A stretch of 64,000 nt of DNA from an uncultured delta proteobacterium. GTDB lineage: Bacteria > Desulfobacterota > Binatia > DP-6. The notes beneath the pieces were generated by a model. The model was not told the DNA's origin. It searched no databases and saw nothing but the letters and a program-made list of their open reading frames with translations. The DNA lies in the NCBI GenBank assembly GCA_963815115.1, contig CAWFFN010000007.1:32001-96000 (forward strand). The letters run 5' to 3'. The position numbers were made by a program, and so were the translations under genes. This document shows positions 40,189-53,862 of this stretch, piece by piece (the first letter of the stretch is position 1; every line of letters begins with the position of its first letter).

Positions 40189-41868
40189 ATGCCCAGAGCA
40201 TTGAAGGCGAGCGAGACTCGAGGCGCCGCGGCCGCCGCGCGCGGCATCATCCTGACCGTCCTGATCGCGGGGCTCGGCCGCCAGGCGTTTGCCGAGCCCG
40301 TCGTGGTCGTCGACTCGGCGCGCTTCGGCAACGTGTTCGAGGCGAGCGACGTTCCGGAGCTCTTCGTTCGCACCACGGCGGATGCCGAGCGTGGCCTGCG
40401 CGGCCGGGTTCGCATCGTCGCCCACGACGCCTACGGGACCTCCGCGGGTCGCCTCACCTTCCCGGTCGACCTGGGACCGGGGGAGACCGACGTCCATTCC
40501 CTGGTCCTGCAGGTGCGCCACCTGGGACTGGTCACCGTCGCGGGCAGGATCGACGGAGCCGGCAGGCGCCGCTTGGCGAAGATCCACGCGACGGCGGCGG
40601 TCGTGCCGGACGTCGACGAGACCATTCCGGCCGAGCAGTCGGGCGCGGGCTACTTCGTCCTGCCGTTCGATTCCGAGCTTCCGATGGCGGACGACATCGC
40701 GGCCGAGATGCGGCGCCTGGGAATCCGCTGGGTCCGGCTCCTCTACGGCTGGTGGATGGACGACCGGCCGACGCGTCCCGACACCAGCGATCCGGGGTGG
40801 CTGGACTCCACCAGCTTCGAGCGCTGGGTCGACGCCTACCGGTCGCACGGCATCGAGGTCCTCGGTGTGCTCTTCGGCACCGCGCGCTGGGCCTCGTCGG
40901 CGATCGACGACGTGACGCCGCTGGTCGGCATCCCGCGCTGGGGACTCGTGGTGCCGCGGGACATGGCCGACTGGGAGCTGTTCGTGCGCACGCTCGCCGG
41001 ACGGGTCCAGGGACGGGTCACGAGCTGGGAGATCTGGAACGAGCCCGACATCCCGGTCTTCTGGACGTCGTCACCGCAGGACTTCGTGCACCTCGTGCGC
41101 TCGTCCGCGACGGTCCTCCGCGAGGTCGATCCGCAGGCGCGGATCGTGCTCAACCTGGTCGACCGGGAGACGCCGTACGGCCTCGGCTTCCGGGACGTCG
41201 TCCTCGGGGGCACCAGCGATCTCCTGGACGTCTTCGGGTACCACTACGGGGGGGCCGAGTTCGTCGCCGCCGCGCGCGCAATCCAGCCGCTGCTGCGTCC
41301 AAACGGCACGCTCTGGAATACGGAGGCCTACGGCGCGCCGCGCCGGCACGTCACGCGCTGGCTCGAGCAGCGCGCCCTGGGGATGGAGCGGTTGTTCCCG
41401 TACATCTACCACACGATCTTCGACGACGCCGACCTGCCGTCAGCCCAGCGCTTCGGGATCTACCCCGTGAACCTCGACTACACCCCACGTGCGGATGGGA
41501 TCGCGTTCCGCACGCTGAGCGATCTCGTGGGTTCCGCCGCGCCGCTGGGTGGCGGGCCCGCCGGCTTCGGCTACTCGGCCTTCACCTTCGACACCCCGGG
41601 CGGCCCGACGGTCGCGCTCGCCGACTTGAACGAGCTCGGTCCGACGTGGAATGGGCGGCCCGGGATCGCGCTCCGGCTGCGCGTGCCGCCCGCGGTCGAG
41701 CGCGTCGAGCTGATCGACCTGATGGGGAACCGGCGCTCGCAGCGCGTGCATCGCGGGCGGCTCGACATCCGGGTGCTCGGGATCGCCACGTTCCTGCGCT
41801 CCGAGCCGCCGGATGCGCTCACCGAGGTCCGCGTCGTGCACGCCCACCGCCTGCACCGGCGGCGGTGA
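40189..41868 (+). CDS. Secreted clan GH-A glycoside hydrolase (GH39/GH5-like)
   Basis: Signal peptide; LGIRWVR, WEIWNEP (acid/base Glu), LWNTEAY (nucleophile Glu). Confidence 0.75.
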   Translation: MPRALKASETRGAAAAARGIILTVLIAGLGRQAFAEPVVVVDSARFGNVFEASDVPELFVRTTADAERGLRGRVRIVAHDAYGTSAGRLTFPVDLGPGETDVHSLVLQVRHLGLVTVAGRIDGAGRRRLAKIHATAAVVPDVDETIPAEQSGAGYFVLPFDSELPMADDIAAEMRRLGIRWVRLLYGWWMDDRPTRPDTSDPGWLDSTSFERWVDAYRSHGIEVLGVLFGTARWASSAIDDVTPLVGIPRWGLVVPRDMADWELFVRTLAGRVQGRVTSWEIWNEPDIPVFWTSSPQDFVHLVRSSATVLREVDPQARIVLNLVDRETPYGLGFRDVVLGGTSDLLDVFGYHYGGAEFVAAARAIQPLLRPNGTLWNTEAYGAPRRHVTRWLEQRALGMERLFPYIYHTIFDDADLPSAQRFGIYPVNLDYTPRADGIAFRTLSDLVGSAAPLGGGPAGFGYSAFTFDTPGGPTVALADLNELGPTWNGRPGIALRLRVPPAVERVELIDLMGNRRSQRVHRGRLDIRVLGIATFLRSEPPDALTEVRVVHAHRLHRRR

Positions 41869-41881
41869 TTCCCGACGTCCA

Positions 41882-42924
<1,043 letters not shown>

Positions 42925-42928
<4 letters not shown>

Positions 42929-44082
42929 GCCGGCGACTCCCCGCCCGCGGGCGGATCGAGCCGCCGGCTCAGCAGCCCGCGGCTCTCGAGCTCGTGCTGC
43001 GCCTGCGCGAAGTGATCCGCGGAGGCGGCGTCGCGGCACCACGCGAGCAGCTCGCGCAGCCCGTCCTCCCAGGCGACGCGGGGCACGAAGCCGAGGCGGC
43101 GGCGGGCGCGCGACACGTCCGCGGTGCAGTGGCGGATGTCGCCGCGGCGGAACTGCCCGGTCACGCGCGGCGTGAGGTCCTCGCGACCCGTCAGGGTCGC
43201 GAGGGTCCGTCCGATGTCCGCGATGCGCCGGGGCTCGCCGCTGCCCAGGTTGATCACCTGGCCGTCGGCGTCACCGGTCGCGAGCACGCGGAGCGCCGTG
43301 TCGGCGACGTCGTGGACCGAGATGAAGTCGCGGCTCTGGCCGCCGTCCTCGTACACCACCGGGTGCTCGCCCGCGATCAGGCGGGCGAGGAAGATGGCGA
43401 GGACGCCGGTGTACGGATTGCTGAGCGACTGCCGCGGTCCGTACACGTTGAACAGGCGCAGGCAGACGACCGGGAAGCCGTAGACGCCGGCGAGGCTCAG
43501 GGCGAGCTCCTCCTGCCAGCGCTTGGTCAGCGCATAGACGTTGCGCGCGAGCAGCGCGGAGTCCTCGGGCGTGGGAGCCGGCTCGAGCGCCTCGCCGGTG
43601 TCGGGGCAGACCGGCTCCCAGCCGTGGCGGGCGATGTCGTCCTCGGTCCGGGCGTCGACGCGGAGGAGGCAGCCATCGGACGGACGGCGGTACACCCCTT
43701 CGCCGTACCCGGTCATCGAGGTGAAGACCAGGAGCTTTCTCAGGCGGGACGCATGAGACTGCAGGGAGTCGAGGAGGGTGGCGGTGCCGCGGACGTTCAC
43801 GTCCACGTAGTGCTCGACGCGGTAGAGCGACTGGCCGACGCCGACCGCCGCGGCCGCGTGGACGACCGCATCGACGTCCGCGACGATGCGGTCGAGCAGC
43901 GCACGATCGCGCACGTCGCCCCGGATCAGCTCGGCCTGGGGCGCCAGATACGCCGGAGGTCCGGCGGGGTGCACCTGGGGGTCGAGGTTGTCCAGCACGC
44001 GCACCGCGTGCCCGGCTGCCACCAGCCGGTCGACGACGAAGGAGCCGATGAAACCGGCCCCGCCGGTGACCAGGACGCGCAT
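42925..44082 (-). CDS. NAD-dependent epimerase/dehydratase
   Basis: [46 protein letters not shown]. Confidence 0.92.
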
Positions 44083-44187
44083 GTCGGCGGCGGATCTACC
44101 GCAGTCCGGCGCGCCGGAGCAACGACGGCGCAGGTGCGACGCGCGTTCGCCTTGCAATCCCGCCGGGGGTCGTCTAGCCGGACCACA

Positions 44188-44988
44188 GTGAGGCTCTCGG
44201 TCGTCATCCCGGCGCGCAACGAGGCCGCCAACATCGGGTCCACGCTGGACGCCCTGCGCGCGCGGCTGGGCAGGGAGGCGATCCCGTACGAGCTGGTCGT
44301 GGTCGATGACGGCAGCACCGATGCGACGCCGCTCGAGGTCGAGACCCGGGCCGCGGGCGATCCGGGCATCCGTCTGGTGCGGAATGCCGGGGTCCACGGC
44401 TTCGGGCACGCGGTCCGCTGCGGGCTCGACGCGTTCAGCGGCGATGCCGTGGCGATCGTGATGGCCGACGGCTCCGACAGCCCGGACGACCTGGTGCGCT
44501 ACTACTACGTGCTGCGGGACCGCGCCGAGTGCGCCTTCGGGTCGCGCTTCGTCCCGGGAAGCGAGGTGGTGGACTATCCCCGCTTCAAGCTCCTCGTGAA
44601 CCGAATCGCGAACTGGTTCATCCGCATGCTCTTCGGGCTGCGCTACAACGACGTGACGAACGCCTTCAAGGCCTACCGCGCCAACGTCATCGAGGGCTGC
44701 CGCCCGTTCCTGTCGCCGCACTTCAACCTCACCGTCGAGATTCCGCTCAAGGCGATCGTCCGCGGCTACAGCTACGAGATCTTGCCGATCGGCTGGCGCC
44801 AGCGCCATCACGGCGTCTCGAGCTTGAAGCTCCAGGAGATGGGCAGCCGCTATCTCTTCATCGTCCTGCACGTCTGGCTGGAGAAGATGCTCACCCGCGG
44901 CGACTACCGGCGGAGCGACGCCGGCGAGCCGTTCCGTCCCTTCGCCGGCGAGCGGAGCGAGACACCCCCGGCCGCCGCGAGGCGCTGA
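44188..44988 (+). CDS. GT2 glycosyltransferase, dolichol-phosphate mannosyltransferase-like
   Basis: [42 protein letters not shown]. Confidence 0.9.
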   Translation: MRLSVVIPARNEAANIGSTLDALRARLGREAIPYELVVVDDGSTDATPLEVETRAAGDPGIRLVRNAGVHGFGHAVRCGLDAFSGDAVAIVMADGSDSPDDLVRYYYVLRDRAECAFGSRFVPGSEVVDYPRFKLLVNRIANWFIRMLFGLRYNDVTNAFKAYRANVIEGCRPFLSPHFNLTVEIPLKAIVRGYSYEILPIGWRQRHHGVSSLKLQEMGSRYLFIVLHVWLEKMLTRGDYRRSDAGEPFRPFAGERSETPPAAARR

Positions 44989-45077
44989 GGGCGACGTTCC
45001 CGCGCCGCTGCGGAGGACTCCGCGCGCGCCGGACGCGCGCGCTTGAACCACCCAGGGCTTTCCGGTTTGACCGTCCC

Positions 45078-46472
45078 ATGCCCGCGTTCTCCGTCGTCAC
45101 CGTCCCCGCAGGCGACCCGATCCGCAGCGCGGACGGGACGCTCCAGGTTCCCGATCGGCCGATCATCCCGTTCATCGAGGGCGACGGCACCGGACCCGAC
45201 ATCTGGCGTGCGAGCCAGGCGGTGTTCGACGCCGCGGTCGAGAAGGCTTACGGCGGCCGCAAGCGGATCGCCTGGATGGAGGTCTTCGCCGGCGAGAAGG
45301 CCTTCAACCGCTTCAAGGACTGGCTCCCGGAAGACACGGTGACGGCCTTCAGGGAGTTCGTCGTCGGCATCAAGGGACCGCTCACGACGCCCGTCGGCGG
45401 CGGCATCCGGTCGCTCAACGTGACCCTGCGCCAGATGCTCGATCTCTACGTCTGCCTGCGACCGGTACGCTACTTCGCGGGCGTGCCGAGCCCGGTGAAG
45501 CGTCCGGAGCAGGTCGACATGGTGATCTTCCGCGAGAACACGGAGGACATCTACGCGGGCGTGGAATGGGCGGCGGAGTCGCCCGAGGCGCGCAAGGTGA
45601 TCGCGTTCCTCCGGCAGGAGATGGGCGTCACGAAGATCCGCTTTCCCGAGACCAGCGGCATCGGGATCAAGCCGGTCTCTCGCGAGGGCACCGAGCGTCT
45701 GGTCCGCGCGGCCATCGAATACGCCCTGCGCCACCGGCGCCGCAGCGTCACCTTCGTGCACAAGGGCAACATCATGAAGTTCACCGAGGGTGCCTTCCGC
45801 GACTGGGGCTACGGGCTCGCCACCCGCGAGTTCCGCGAGCGCGTGGTGACCGAGCGCGAGAGCTGGATCCTCGGGAACCGCGAGGAGACGCCGGGCCTCG
45901 GCGTCGAGGACAACGCGCGCGCGATCGATCCCGGCTACGACATGATGACGCCGGATCAGCAGGGGAAGGTGCGACGCGACGTCGAGGCGGCGCTGGCGCT
46001 CTGGCCGACGCACGGGGACGGAAAGTGGAAGCAGAAGCTCCTGGTGCGCGACGCCATCGCGGACATCACGCTGCAGCAGGTGCTGACGCGGCCGCGGGAG
46101 TTCGACGTCGTCGCCACGCCGAATCTCAACGGCGACTATCTGTCCGACGCGCTCGCGGCGCAGGTGGGCGGCATCGGCATCGCGCCCGGCGGCAACATCA
46201 ACTACGTCAGCGGCCACGCCATCTTCGAGGCCACGCACGGCACCGCGCCCAAGTACGCCAACCTCGACAAGGTGAACCCGGGCTCCGTCATCCTGTCGGG
46301 CGAGATGATGCTCCGCCATCTCGGCTGGGACGAGGCAGCCGACCTCGTGATGAAGGGCATGGAAGGCGCGATCGCCGCCAGGACGGTGACGTACGATTTC
46401 CATCGCCTGATGGAGGGCGCCACCCTGACGTCGTGCTCGGGATTCGGCCAGGCGATCGTCGCCCACATGTGA
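45078..46472 (+). CDS. icd: NADP-dependent isocitrate dehydrogenase
   Basis: [65 protein letters not shown]. Confidence 0.97.
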   Translation: MPAFSVVTVPAGDPIRSADGTLQVPDRPIIPFIEGDGTGPDIWRASQAVFDAAVEKAYGGRKRIAWMEVFAGEKAFNRFKDWLPEDTVTAFREFVVGIKGPLTTPVGGGIRSLNVTLRQMLDLYVCLRPVRYFAGVPSPVKRPEQVDMVIFRENTEDIYAGVEWAAESPEARKVIAFLRQEMGVTKIRFPETSGIGIKPVSREGTERLVRAAIEYALRHRRRSVTFVHKGNIMKFTEGAFRDWGYGLATREFRERVVTERESWILGNREETPGLGVEDNARAIDPGYDMMTPDQQGKVRRDVEAALALWPTHGDGKWKQKLLVRDAIADITLQQVLTRPREFDVVATPNLNGDYLSDALAAQVGGIGIAPGGNINYVSGHAIFEATHGTAPKYANLDKVNPGSVILSGEMMLRHLGWDEAADLVMKGMEGAIAARTVTYDFHRLMEGATLTSCSGFGQAIVAHM

Positions 46473-47576
<1,104 letters not shown>

Positions 47577-47583
47577 GCCCGGC

Positions 47584-48750
47584 ATGAACATTCACGAGCA
47601 CCAGGGCAAGGAGGTCCTGCGGCGCTACGGCGTCGCGGTGCCGAAGGGCAAGGCCTGCTTCACGGTCGACGAGGCCGTCGCGGCCGCCCGCGAGCTCGGC
47701 TTCCCGTGCGTGGTGAAGGCGCAGATCCACGCCGGCGGACGTGGCAAGGCGGGGGGCGTCAAGCTGGTCAAGGACGAGGCGGGCGCGCGCGCGGCCGCCG
47801 GGGAGCTCCTCGGCAAGATGCTGGTCACGCACCAGACCGGGCCGCAGGGCCGGGTGGTGCGCCGGCTGCTCGTCGAGCAGGGATGCCAGATCGCGCGCGA
47901 GCTGTACCTGGGCCTCGTGGTGGATCGTGCGGCGGAGCGCGTGACGGTGATGGCCTCCACCGAGGGCGGCGTGGAGATCGAGGAGGTGGCCGCTCGCACG
48001 CCGGAGAAGATCCTGCGCGAGACGCTCGATCCGGTGGTCGGCCTGGCCGGCTACCAGGCGCGGCGCATCGCGTTCGGTCTCGGGCTCGCCAAGGAGCAGG
48101 TGGGGAAGGCGGTCGGCTTCCTGCAGGCGCTGGCGCGCTGCTTCGTCGAGAACGACTGCTCGATGGCGGAGATCAATCCCCTCGTGGTGACGACCTCGGG
48201 TGATCTGGTCGCCCTCGACGCCAAGATCGGCTTCGATGACAACGCGCTCTTCCGCCACGCCGATCTCCGGGAGCTGCGCGATCCCAACGAGCAGGATCCG
48301 CGCGAGATGGAGGCGGCGAAGCACGACCTGAGCTACATCGCCCTCGAGGGCAACATCGGCTGCATGGTGAACGGTGCCGGCCTCGCCATGGCGACGATGG
48401 ACTCCGTCAAGGCCGCCGGCGGCCAGCCCGCCAACTTCCTCGACGTCGGCGGCGGCGCCGACACCGAGAAGGTGAAGGCCGCCTTCAAGATCATCCTCTC
48501 CGATCCCGCGGTGCAGGCGATCTTCATCAACATCTTTGGCGGCATCCTGCGCTGCGACGTGCTGGCCGAGGGCGTCGTGCAGGCGGCGAAGGAGGTCGGG
48601 CTCGGGGTGCCGCTGGTGGTGCGCATGGAAGGCACCAACGTGGAGAAGGGAAAGCAGATCCTCGCCGGGTCCGGGCTCGACATCATCGCCGCTGCGGACA
48701 TGCTCGACGGCGCGCAGAAGGCCGTGGCCGCCGCCGGGAGAGGCCGATGA
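47584..48750 (+). CDS. sucC: Succinyl-CoA synthetase beta subunit
   Basis: [46 protein letters not shown]. Confidence 0.97.
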   Translation: MNIHEHQGKEVLRRYGVAVPKGKACFTVDEAVAAARELGFPCVVKAQIHAGGRGKAGGVKLVKDEAGARAAAGELLGKMLVTHQTGPQGRVVRRLLVEQGCQIARELYLGLVVDRAAERVTVMASTEGGVEIEEVAARTPEKILRETLDPVVGLAGYQARRIAFGLGLAKEQVGKAVGFLQALARCFVENDCSMAEINPLVVTTSGDLVALDAKIGFDDNALFRHADLRELRDPNEQDPREMEAAKHDLSYIALEGNIGCMVNGAGLAMATMDSVKAAGGQPANFLDVGGGADTEKVKAAFKIILSDPAVQAIFINIFGGILRCDVLAEGVVQAAKEVGLGVPLVVRMEGTNVEKGKQILAGSGLDIIAAADMLDGAQKAVAAAGRGR

Positions 48751-49634
48751 GCGTCCTCGTCTCGAAGGACACGCGCGTCCTCACCCAGGGCATCACCGGC
48801 GCCACCGGGCAGCTCCACACCCGGCTGTGCCGCGAGTACGGCTCCGAGATGGTGGCGGGCGTCACCCCCGGGCGCGGTGGCACCGCCTTCGAGGGCATTC
48901 CCATCTTCGACACCGTGACGCAGGCGGTGCAGGCGACGGGCGCCAACGCGTCGGTGATCTACGTGCCTCCGGCGGGCGCGGCGGACGCGATCCTCGAGGC
49001 GGCGGACGCCGGCATCCCGCTCGTCGTCTGCATCACCGAGGGCGTGCCGGTGCTCGACATGGTCCGCGTCACCCGCTGGCTCGAGGGCAAGCCGACGCGC
49101 CTCATCGGTCCGAACTGTCCGGGCGTCATCACGCCCGGCGCGTGCAAGATCGGCATCATGCCGGGCTACATCCACACGCCCGGCCGCGTCGGCGTGGTGT
49201 CACGCAGCGGGACGCTCACCTACGAGGCCGTCTACCAGCTCACCCAGCTCGGGATCGGGCAGTCGACGTGCATCGGCATCGGTGGCGACCCGATCATCGG
49301 AACCGGCTTCATCGACGCCCTCCGCCTCTTCCAGGACGACGCGGGAACCGACGCCGTCATCATGATCGGCGAGATCGGCGGGACGGCCGAAGAGGAGGCT
49401 GCCGCGTTCATCAAGGCGCACGTGACGAAGCCGGTCGTCAGCTTCATCGCCGGTCAGACAGCGCCCAAGGGCAAGCGCATGGGCCATGCCGGCGCCATCA
49501 TCGCCGGCGGCAAGGGAACCGCGGCCGAGAAGATGGCCGCGCTCGAGGCGGCGGGCGTGACCCTGTCACCCAGCCCGGCGCGCCTCGGGGTCACCATGCG
49601 CGACGTTCTGCGAAAGGCAGGGAAGCTCCAGTGA
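48747..49634 (+). CDS. sucD: Succinyl-CoA synthetase alpha subunit
   Basis: [28 protein letters not shown]. Confidence 0.97.
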   Translation: MSVLVSKDTRVLTQGITGATGQLHTRLCREYGSEMVAGVTPGRGGTAFEGIPIFDTVTQAVQATGANASVIYVPPAGAADAILEAADAGIPLVVCITEGVPVLDMVRVTRWLEGKPTRLIGPNCPGVITPGACKIGIMPGYIHTPGRVGVVSRSGTLTYEAVYQLTQLGIGQSTCIGIGGDPIIGTGFIDALRLFQDDAGTDAVIMIGEIGGTAEEEAAAFIKAHVTKPVVSFIAGQTAPKGKRMGHAGAIIAGGKGTAAEKMAALEAAGVTLSPSPARLGVTMRDVLRKAGKLQ

Positions 49635-50065
49635 CGGAACGCACCTTCTTCATGGTCAAGCCCGACGCCCTGCGCGCCCTGGTGCTCGGGAAGATCCTCT
49701 CCATGATCGAGGCCAGCGGCCTCACCCTCGTCGCCGGCCGCATCCGCCAGCTCGAGGTCGGCGAGGCGCAGCGCTTCTATGCGGTCCACAAGGAGCGCCC
49801 CTTCTTCGGCGACCTGGTGAAGTTCATGACCTCCGGGCCGGTGTTCACCGGCGTGCTCGAGGGCGAGGACGCCATCAAGCGCTGGCGCGACCTGATGGGG
49901 CCGACCGACTCGAAGAAGGCGCCGAAGGGCACGGTGCGGGGGGAGTTCGGCACCGACGTCGAGCAGAACGCCTCGCACGGCTCCGACGCGCCGGAGACCG
50001 CGCGCGCCGAGATCGCCTTCTTCTTTCCCGGCGTCGAGCTGCCCGGAGCGACCGCCGCTCCGTGA
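49631..50065 (+). CDS. ndk: Nucleoside diphosphate kinase
   Basis: [24 protein letters not shown]. Confidence 0.97.
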   Translation: MTERTFFMVKPDALRALVLGKILSMIEASGLTLVAGRIRQLEVGEAQRFYAVHKERPFFGDLVKFMTSGPVFTGVLEGEDAIKRWRDLMGPTDSKKAPKGTVRGEFGTDVEQNASHGSDAPETARAEIAFFFPGVELPGATAAP

Positions 50066-50940
50066 GGAAGGCGGGGCTCGGGCCGCTCCTGCTGGCCTCG
50101 GTCCTCTTCGGCGCGATGGCGGTGTGCGTGCAGCTCGCCGCCCGGCACATGGGTGCCGTGCAGGTGGCGTGCGTGCGCTTCGCCGGCTCCTTTGTCGTCC
50201 TGCTCGTCGCCACCAGGGCGCGGGATCTATGGCCCCGATCGGCGAGCCTCGGACGGCTCATGCTGCGCGGGCTGCTCGGCGCCATGTCCATCTCCTGCTA
50301 CTACGCCGGGATCAGCCGCGCCGGCGCCGGGCTGGGGACGCTGCTCCATGGCACCCATCCGGTCTGGACGGCGGTGTGGGTGGCCGTGCTGCATGGCGAT
50401 CGGCTGACGGGGCGCGTCGTCGGCGCGCTCGCGCTCAACCTGCTCGGCGCGGTCCTGGTGCTCGGAGGCAGCGTGCGGCTCGGCGCCGGCGTCGGAGCGG
50501 GCGCGGCGTGGGCGCTCCTCGGGGGCATCCTGGCCGGAGGGGCGGTGGCGACGGCGTCCGACCTGCGGCGCACCGAGAGCGCGTCGCTGGTGACGATCCA
50601 CTTCATGGCGGTCGGGGCGCTGCTGACGGCTCCCTCGCTGCTCGCAAGCCTGCCGCCGCTCTCGGCGCCGCTCGCGCTGGCGCTCCTGGGGGTGGTGCTC
50701 ACCTCGGTGGGGGGACAGTGGCTGCTCCACCACGGCCTCGGCTACGTGTCCGCGACCACGGCGAGCCTCGCGGCCGCCACCAGCGTGGTGACGGCCGCGA
50801 GTTTGCAGGCGCTGGTGGTGGGCGAGCGACTCGATGCGCAGGTCGGTGTCGCGGCCGCGTGCATGCTGGGGGCGATCGCGCTGGCGGCCGGGGGACGGCC
50901 GGCGACGGTGGCCGTCAGCCTGGCCGGACCGGCGGACTGA
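50062..50940 (+). CDS. DMT/EamA-family transporter
   Basis: ~10 TM helices in two EamA repeats. Confidence 0.85.
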   Translation: MRKAGLGPLLLASVLFGAMAVCVQLAARHMGAVQVACVRFAGSFVVLLVATRARDLWPRSASLGRLMLRGLLGAMSISCYYAGISRAGAGLGTLLHGTHPVWTAVWVAVLHGDRLTGRVVGALALNLLGAVLVLGGSVRLGAGVGAGAAWALLGGILAGGAVATASDLRRTESASLVTIHFMAVGALLTAPSLLASLPPLSAPLALALLGVVLTSVGGQWLLHHGLGYVSATTASLAAATSVVTAASLQALVVGERLDAQVGVAAACMLGAIALAAGGRPATVAVSLAGPAD

Positions 50941-51268
50941 TCTCGAGCGCCGGCGGCTGTCCTTGCAGGCGTGGGACAGACGGTCGTGGTGGCATCACGA
51001 CCCAGAGCGCCAGGTAAACGATGAAGCCGATGCCACCCCCGAGCAACGTCGCGAGCAGGAAGGCGAGCCGGATGAGGGAAACGGACACGCCGAACTCCTC
51101 CGCCAGGCCGCCGCACACCCCGGCGATGCGGCGATGCTGGCGAGAGCGGTACCAGGTGCGGCTGAGCGCGTTGCTGCGCAGCGCGCTGCCGCAGTGCCGG
51201 CACTTGATCGCTTCGGCGCGGATCTCCTCCGCACAGTACGGGCAGGCCCTGGTGGTCAGATCAGGCAT
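50915..51268 (-). CDS. Zinc-ribbon + PspC domain protein
   Basis: CPYCAEEIRAEAIKCRHC, then YRSRQHRRIAGVCGGLAE...YLALWVVMP. Confidence 0.88.
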   Translation of the reverse strand: MPDLTTRACPYCAEEIRAEAIKCRHCGSALRSNALSRTWYRSRQHRRIAGVCGGLAEEFGVSVSLIRLAFLLATLLGGGIGFIVYLALWVVMPPRPSVPRLQGQPPALEISPPVRPG

Positions 51269-51731
51269 GATGTTCCTCGGGCGACGGTCGCAGTTGCCGC
51301 GCCGCGAGAAGCGGCACCGCCGCATAGGTGAGGCCGAGCAACGTCGCGAGCAGGACGGCGTAGCTCCCGGCGAGATAGAGGCTCAGCGCGTCCGGCAGGA
51401 TCCCCGCGAGCAGCGCGTGCGCGCCGCGGACCAGGAACCAGTCGGCGACGAGGACGAGCGGGAGCGGCAGGAGCGTCACCGCGAGCGCCCGCCAGGCCGG
51501 TCGTGGCACCGGCCCGGCCCGCGCGGCGAGGAGCGGCGCGGCGGCCCGGAGCACGGCGCGCGCGAGCGCGGGCGGCGGCTCCGGTGCGGCGTACGTCCGC
51601 AGCGCCGGGACGAGCGTCCGGAGGGCCGCCGCATCGGCCTGGCAGGAAGCGCAGCTCGCCAGGTGCTCGGCGCCGCCGGGCGGCAGGTCGCCGGCCAGGA
51701 GCCACGCGTCGAGGAGCTCGTCGCACTCCAT
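51261..51731 (-). CDS. Zinc-binding (ZAS) anti-sigma factor with TM helices
   Basis: HLASCASC (HxxxCxxC) and two TMs; coupled to the sigma gene. Confidence 0.8.
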   Translation of the reverse strand: MECDELLDAWLLAGDLPPGGAEHLASCASCQADAAALRTLVPALRTYAAPEPPPALARAVLRAAAPLLAARAGPVPRPAWRALAVTLLPLPLVLVADWFLVRGAHALLAGILPDALSLYLAGSYAVLLATLLGLTYAAVPLLAARQLRPSPEEHHA

Positions 51732-52264
51732 CAGCGACCTCGCGGCTCGCGCGCCAGCGCCGCCAGGCGCCGTACCGCCGTGTGCAGCCGGCTCTTCACC
51801 GTGCCGCGGGGCACGTCGAGGATCACGGCCACCTCGTCCTCCGGCAGGTCGTGGTAGTAGCGCAGCACGATTGCGGCGCGCTGCTCGTCGGGAAGCGCCA
51901 GAAGGAGGCGCCTGACGTCGAGTACCGCGTCCTGGTCGGGACGCTCGGCGGCCTCCGCGGGGAGGGCCGCTGGATCGATCGGCTCGGGTGGAGGCCGCCG
52001 CAGCCAGTCCCGGCACAGGTTGAGGGCGATCTGGAAGAGCCAGGTGGAGAAGCGCCGTGCCGGGTCGAAGCGCGCCGAGGCGCGCACGATCCGCAGCCAG
52101 GTCTCCTGGTGCAGGTCATCCACGTCCCGCCCGCCCGTGTGCCGGGCGAGGAACTGGAAGAGCGGCCGTTCCCAGCGACGGTAGAGCGTCTCCAGCGCGA
52201 CCGCGTCGCCCCGTGCCACCAGTGCCATGAGCTCCTCGTCCGGCCGCGCGTCGTGCATCCCCAC
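51731..52264 (-). CDS. ECF RNA polymerase sigma factor
   Basis: DDLHQETWLR, FSTWLFQIALNLCRD, GTVKSRLH. Confidence 0.93.
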   Translation of the reverse strand: MGMHDARPDEELMALVARGDAVALETLYRRWERPLFQFLARHTGGRDVDDLHQETWLRIVRASARFDPARRFSTWLFQIALNLCRDWLRRPPPEPIDPAALPAEAAERPDQDAVLDVRRLLLALPDEQRAAIVLRYYHDLPEDEVAVILDVPRGTVKSRLHTAVRRLAALAREPRGR

Positions 52265-52285
52265 GCGCGGCGAGGTCTAGCACGA

Positions 52286-52681
52286 TCACGCCTGCGGTCC
52301 CTCGGCGCGGGGCCCCGGTACCCGGGGCTCGGTGGCCACGCCGCGCAGCCGGCGCAGCGCACTCTGGGCGGTCGCCAGCCAGGCTTCGAGGATGGACTCG
52401 TCACCGGGTGCGTAGGGAAGGAGCAGCCAGAGGACGCCGTAGAGCGCGGCACCGGCGAGGTGAAAGAACGAGAGCACCACGAAGCCGGCGCGCACCACCG
52501 CGACCGGCACCGCCAGCGCCTGGGCCACGGCCGCCGCCACGCCGGCGAGCTTGCGCTCGGGATGGTCGCGATGGAGCGCCGTGGCGTCGAAGGTGACCAG
52601 ACGACTCCGGCAGTGCGGGCACCGCACCGCCTGAACGGCGATTTCCTCGGCGCAGTAGGGGCAAGCGCGTCGATCGGTCAT
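52286..52681 (-). CDS. Second zinc-ribbon + PspC domain protein
   Basis: CPYCAEEIAVQAVRCPHC, RKLAGVAAAVA, LYGVLWLLLP; GAGGAG RBS. Confidence 0.85.
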   Translation of the reverse strand: MTDRRACPYCAEEIAVQAVRCPHCRSRLVTFDATALHRDHPERKLAGVAAAVAQALAVPVAVVRAGFVVLSFFHLAGAALYGVLWLLLPYAPGDESILEAWLATAQSALRRLRGVATEPRVPGPRAEGPQA

Positions 52682-52703
52682 GTATTCTCCTCTCATGCCG
52701 TAG

Positions 52704-52729
52704 TACGGACCTCCGGCACGTGAGGTTCA
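52704..52729 (-). promoter_or_regulatory. ECF (SigW-like) promoter
   Basis: Minus strand TGAACC-N16-CGTA, versus the Bacillus SigW consensus TGAAAC-N16-CGTA. Confidence 0.7.
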
Positions 52730-52778
52730 TTCCGCTCCCGACGTGCACTTCCCCCGTCGCGGCGCTAACATCCGCCCC

Positions 52779-53849
52779 GTGCCGACGCGCGACATCCAGG
52801 ACCTGACCGCGGCGGAGCTCGAGGCCTGGTGCGTCGAGGCGGGCGAGGCGCCGTACCGGGCGCGCCAGATACTCGCCTGGGTCCATCGCCAGGGGGCGGG
52901 CCGATTCGACGACATGGAGAATCTGCCGAAGGTGCTGCGGGCGCGGCTGGCAGCGGCCTTCACGATCGAACGTCTCGAGCCCGCGGCCGTGTCCGAGGCC
53001 GCGGACGGCACCCGGAAGCTCCTCTTCCACCTCCCTGCGGATGCCCCCGGCGGCCGGGCAGCGGCGATCGAGAGCGTGCTCATCCCGCAGACCGAGCGCG
53101 CCGGAGGGGCGCGCGACCGGCTCACGCTGTGCATCTCGAGCCAGGCCGGCTGCGGGATGGGCTGCACCTTCTGCGCCACCGCCCGGATGGGCCTGGTGCG
53201 CAACCTCCGGCCCGCCGAGGTCGTCGGTCAGGTGCGCGCCGGACAGGCCCTCGCGGTGCCCGACCGGCTCACCAACGTCGTGCTCATGGGGATGGGGGAG
53301 CCGCTCGCGAACTACGACGCGGTGGTTGCGGCGGTCGAGATCCTCACCGCCGAGTGGGGCTATGCCATATCGCCGCGCCGGATCACGGTGTCGACGGTCG
53401 GGCTGGCGCCGGCGATCCCGCGGTTCATCGCCGAGACCCGCGTGCACCTCGCCGTCTCGCTGCACGCGCCCACCGATCGCCAGCGCGACCGGCTCGTCCC
53501 GATCAATCGACGCTATCCGCTGGCGGCGCTGCTCGCGGCCTGCCGGGAGGTGCCGCTCGCCCGCCGCCGGCGCATCACGTTCGAGTACGTGCTGCTCGAC
53601 GGCGAGAACGACACCGACGGCGACGCGCGTGCGCTCGTCCGCCTGCTCCACGGGCTGCGTGCCAAGGTGAACCTCATCCCCTTCAATCCCTTTCCCGGCT
53701 CCGGCTTCGAGCCGAGCCCGCGCGGCCGCGTCCTGCGCTTCCAGGCGATCCTCCGCGAGCACGGCATCGCGGCCACCATTCGCGAGAGCCGGGGCCAGGA
53801 CATCCAGGCCGCGTGCGGACAGCTCGCCGCGGCGCGCCCCGCGGCCTGA
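52779..53849 (+). CDS. rlmN: 23S rRNA m2A2503 / tRNA methyltransferase RlmN
   Basis: TLCISSQAGCGMGCTFCAT, MGMGEP, RITFEYVLL, VNLIPFN, IQAACGQL. Confidence 0.96.
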   Translation: MPTRDIQDLTAAELEAWCVEAGEAPYRARQILAWVHRQGAGRFDDMENLPKVLRARLAAAFTIERLEPAAVSEAADGTRKLLFHLPADAPGGRAAAIESVLIPQTERAGGARDRLTLCISSQAGCGMGCTFCATARMGLVRNLRPAEVVGQVRAGQALAVPDRLTNVVLMGMGEPLANYDAVVAAVEILTAEWGYAISPRRITVSTVGLAPAIPRFIAETRVHLAVSLHAPTDRQRDRLVPINRRYPLAALLAACREVPLARRRRITFEYVLLDGENDTDGDARALVRLLHGLRAKVNLIPFNPFPGSGFEPSPRGRVLRFQAILREHGIAATIRESRGQDIQAACGQLAAARPAA

Positions 53850-53862
53850 CCTCCGAAGGCGC

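Noticed and set aside
35917-40848. 1643-aa minus-strand ORF and other very long ORFs (27551..30397, 44904..47591, 58891..61227)
   Set aside because: Antisense shadows of real genes. Stop codons are rare in off-frames at this GC content, and the translations are low-complexity R/A/G/P.
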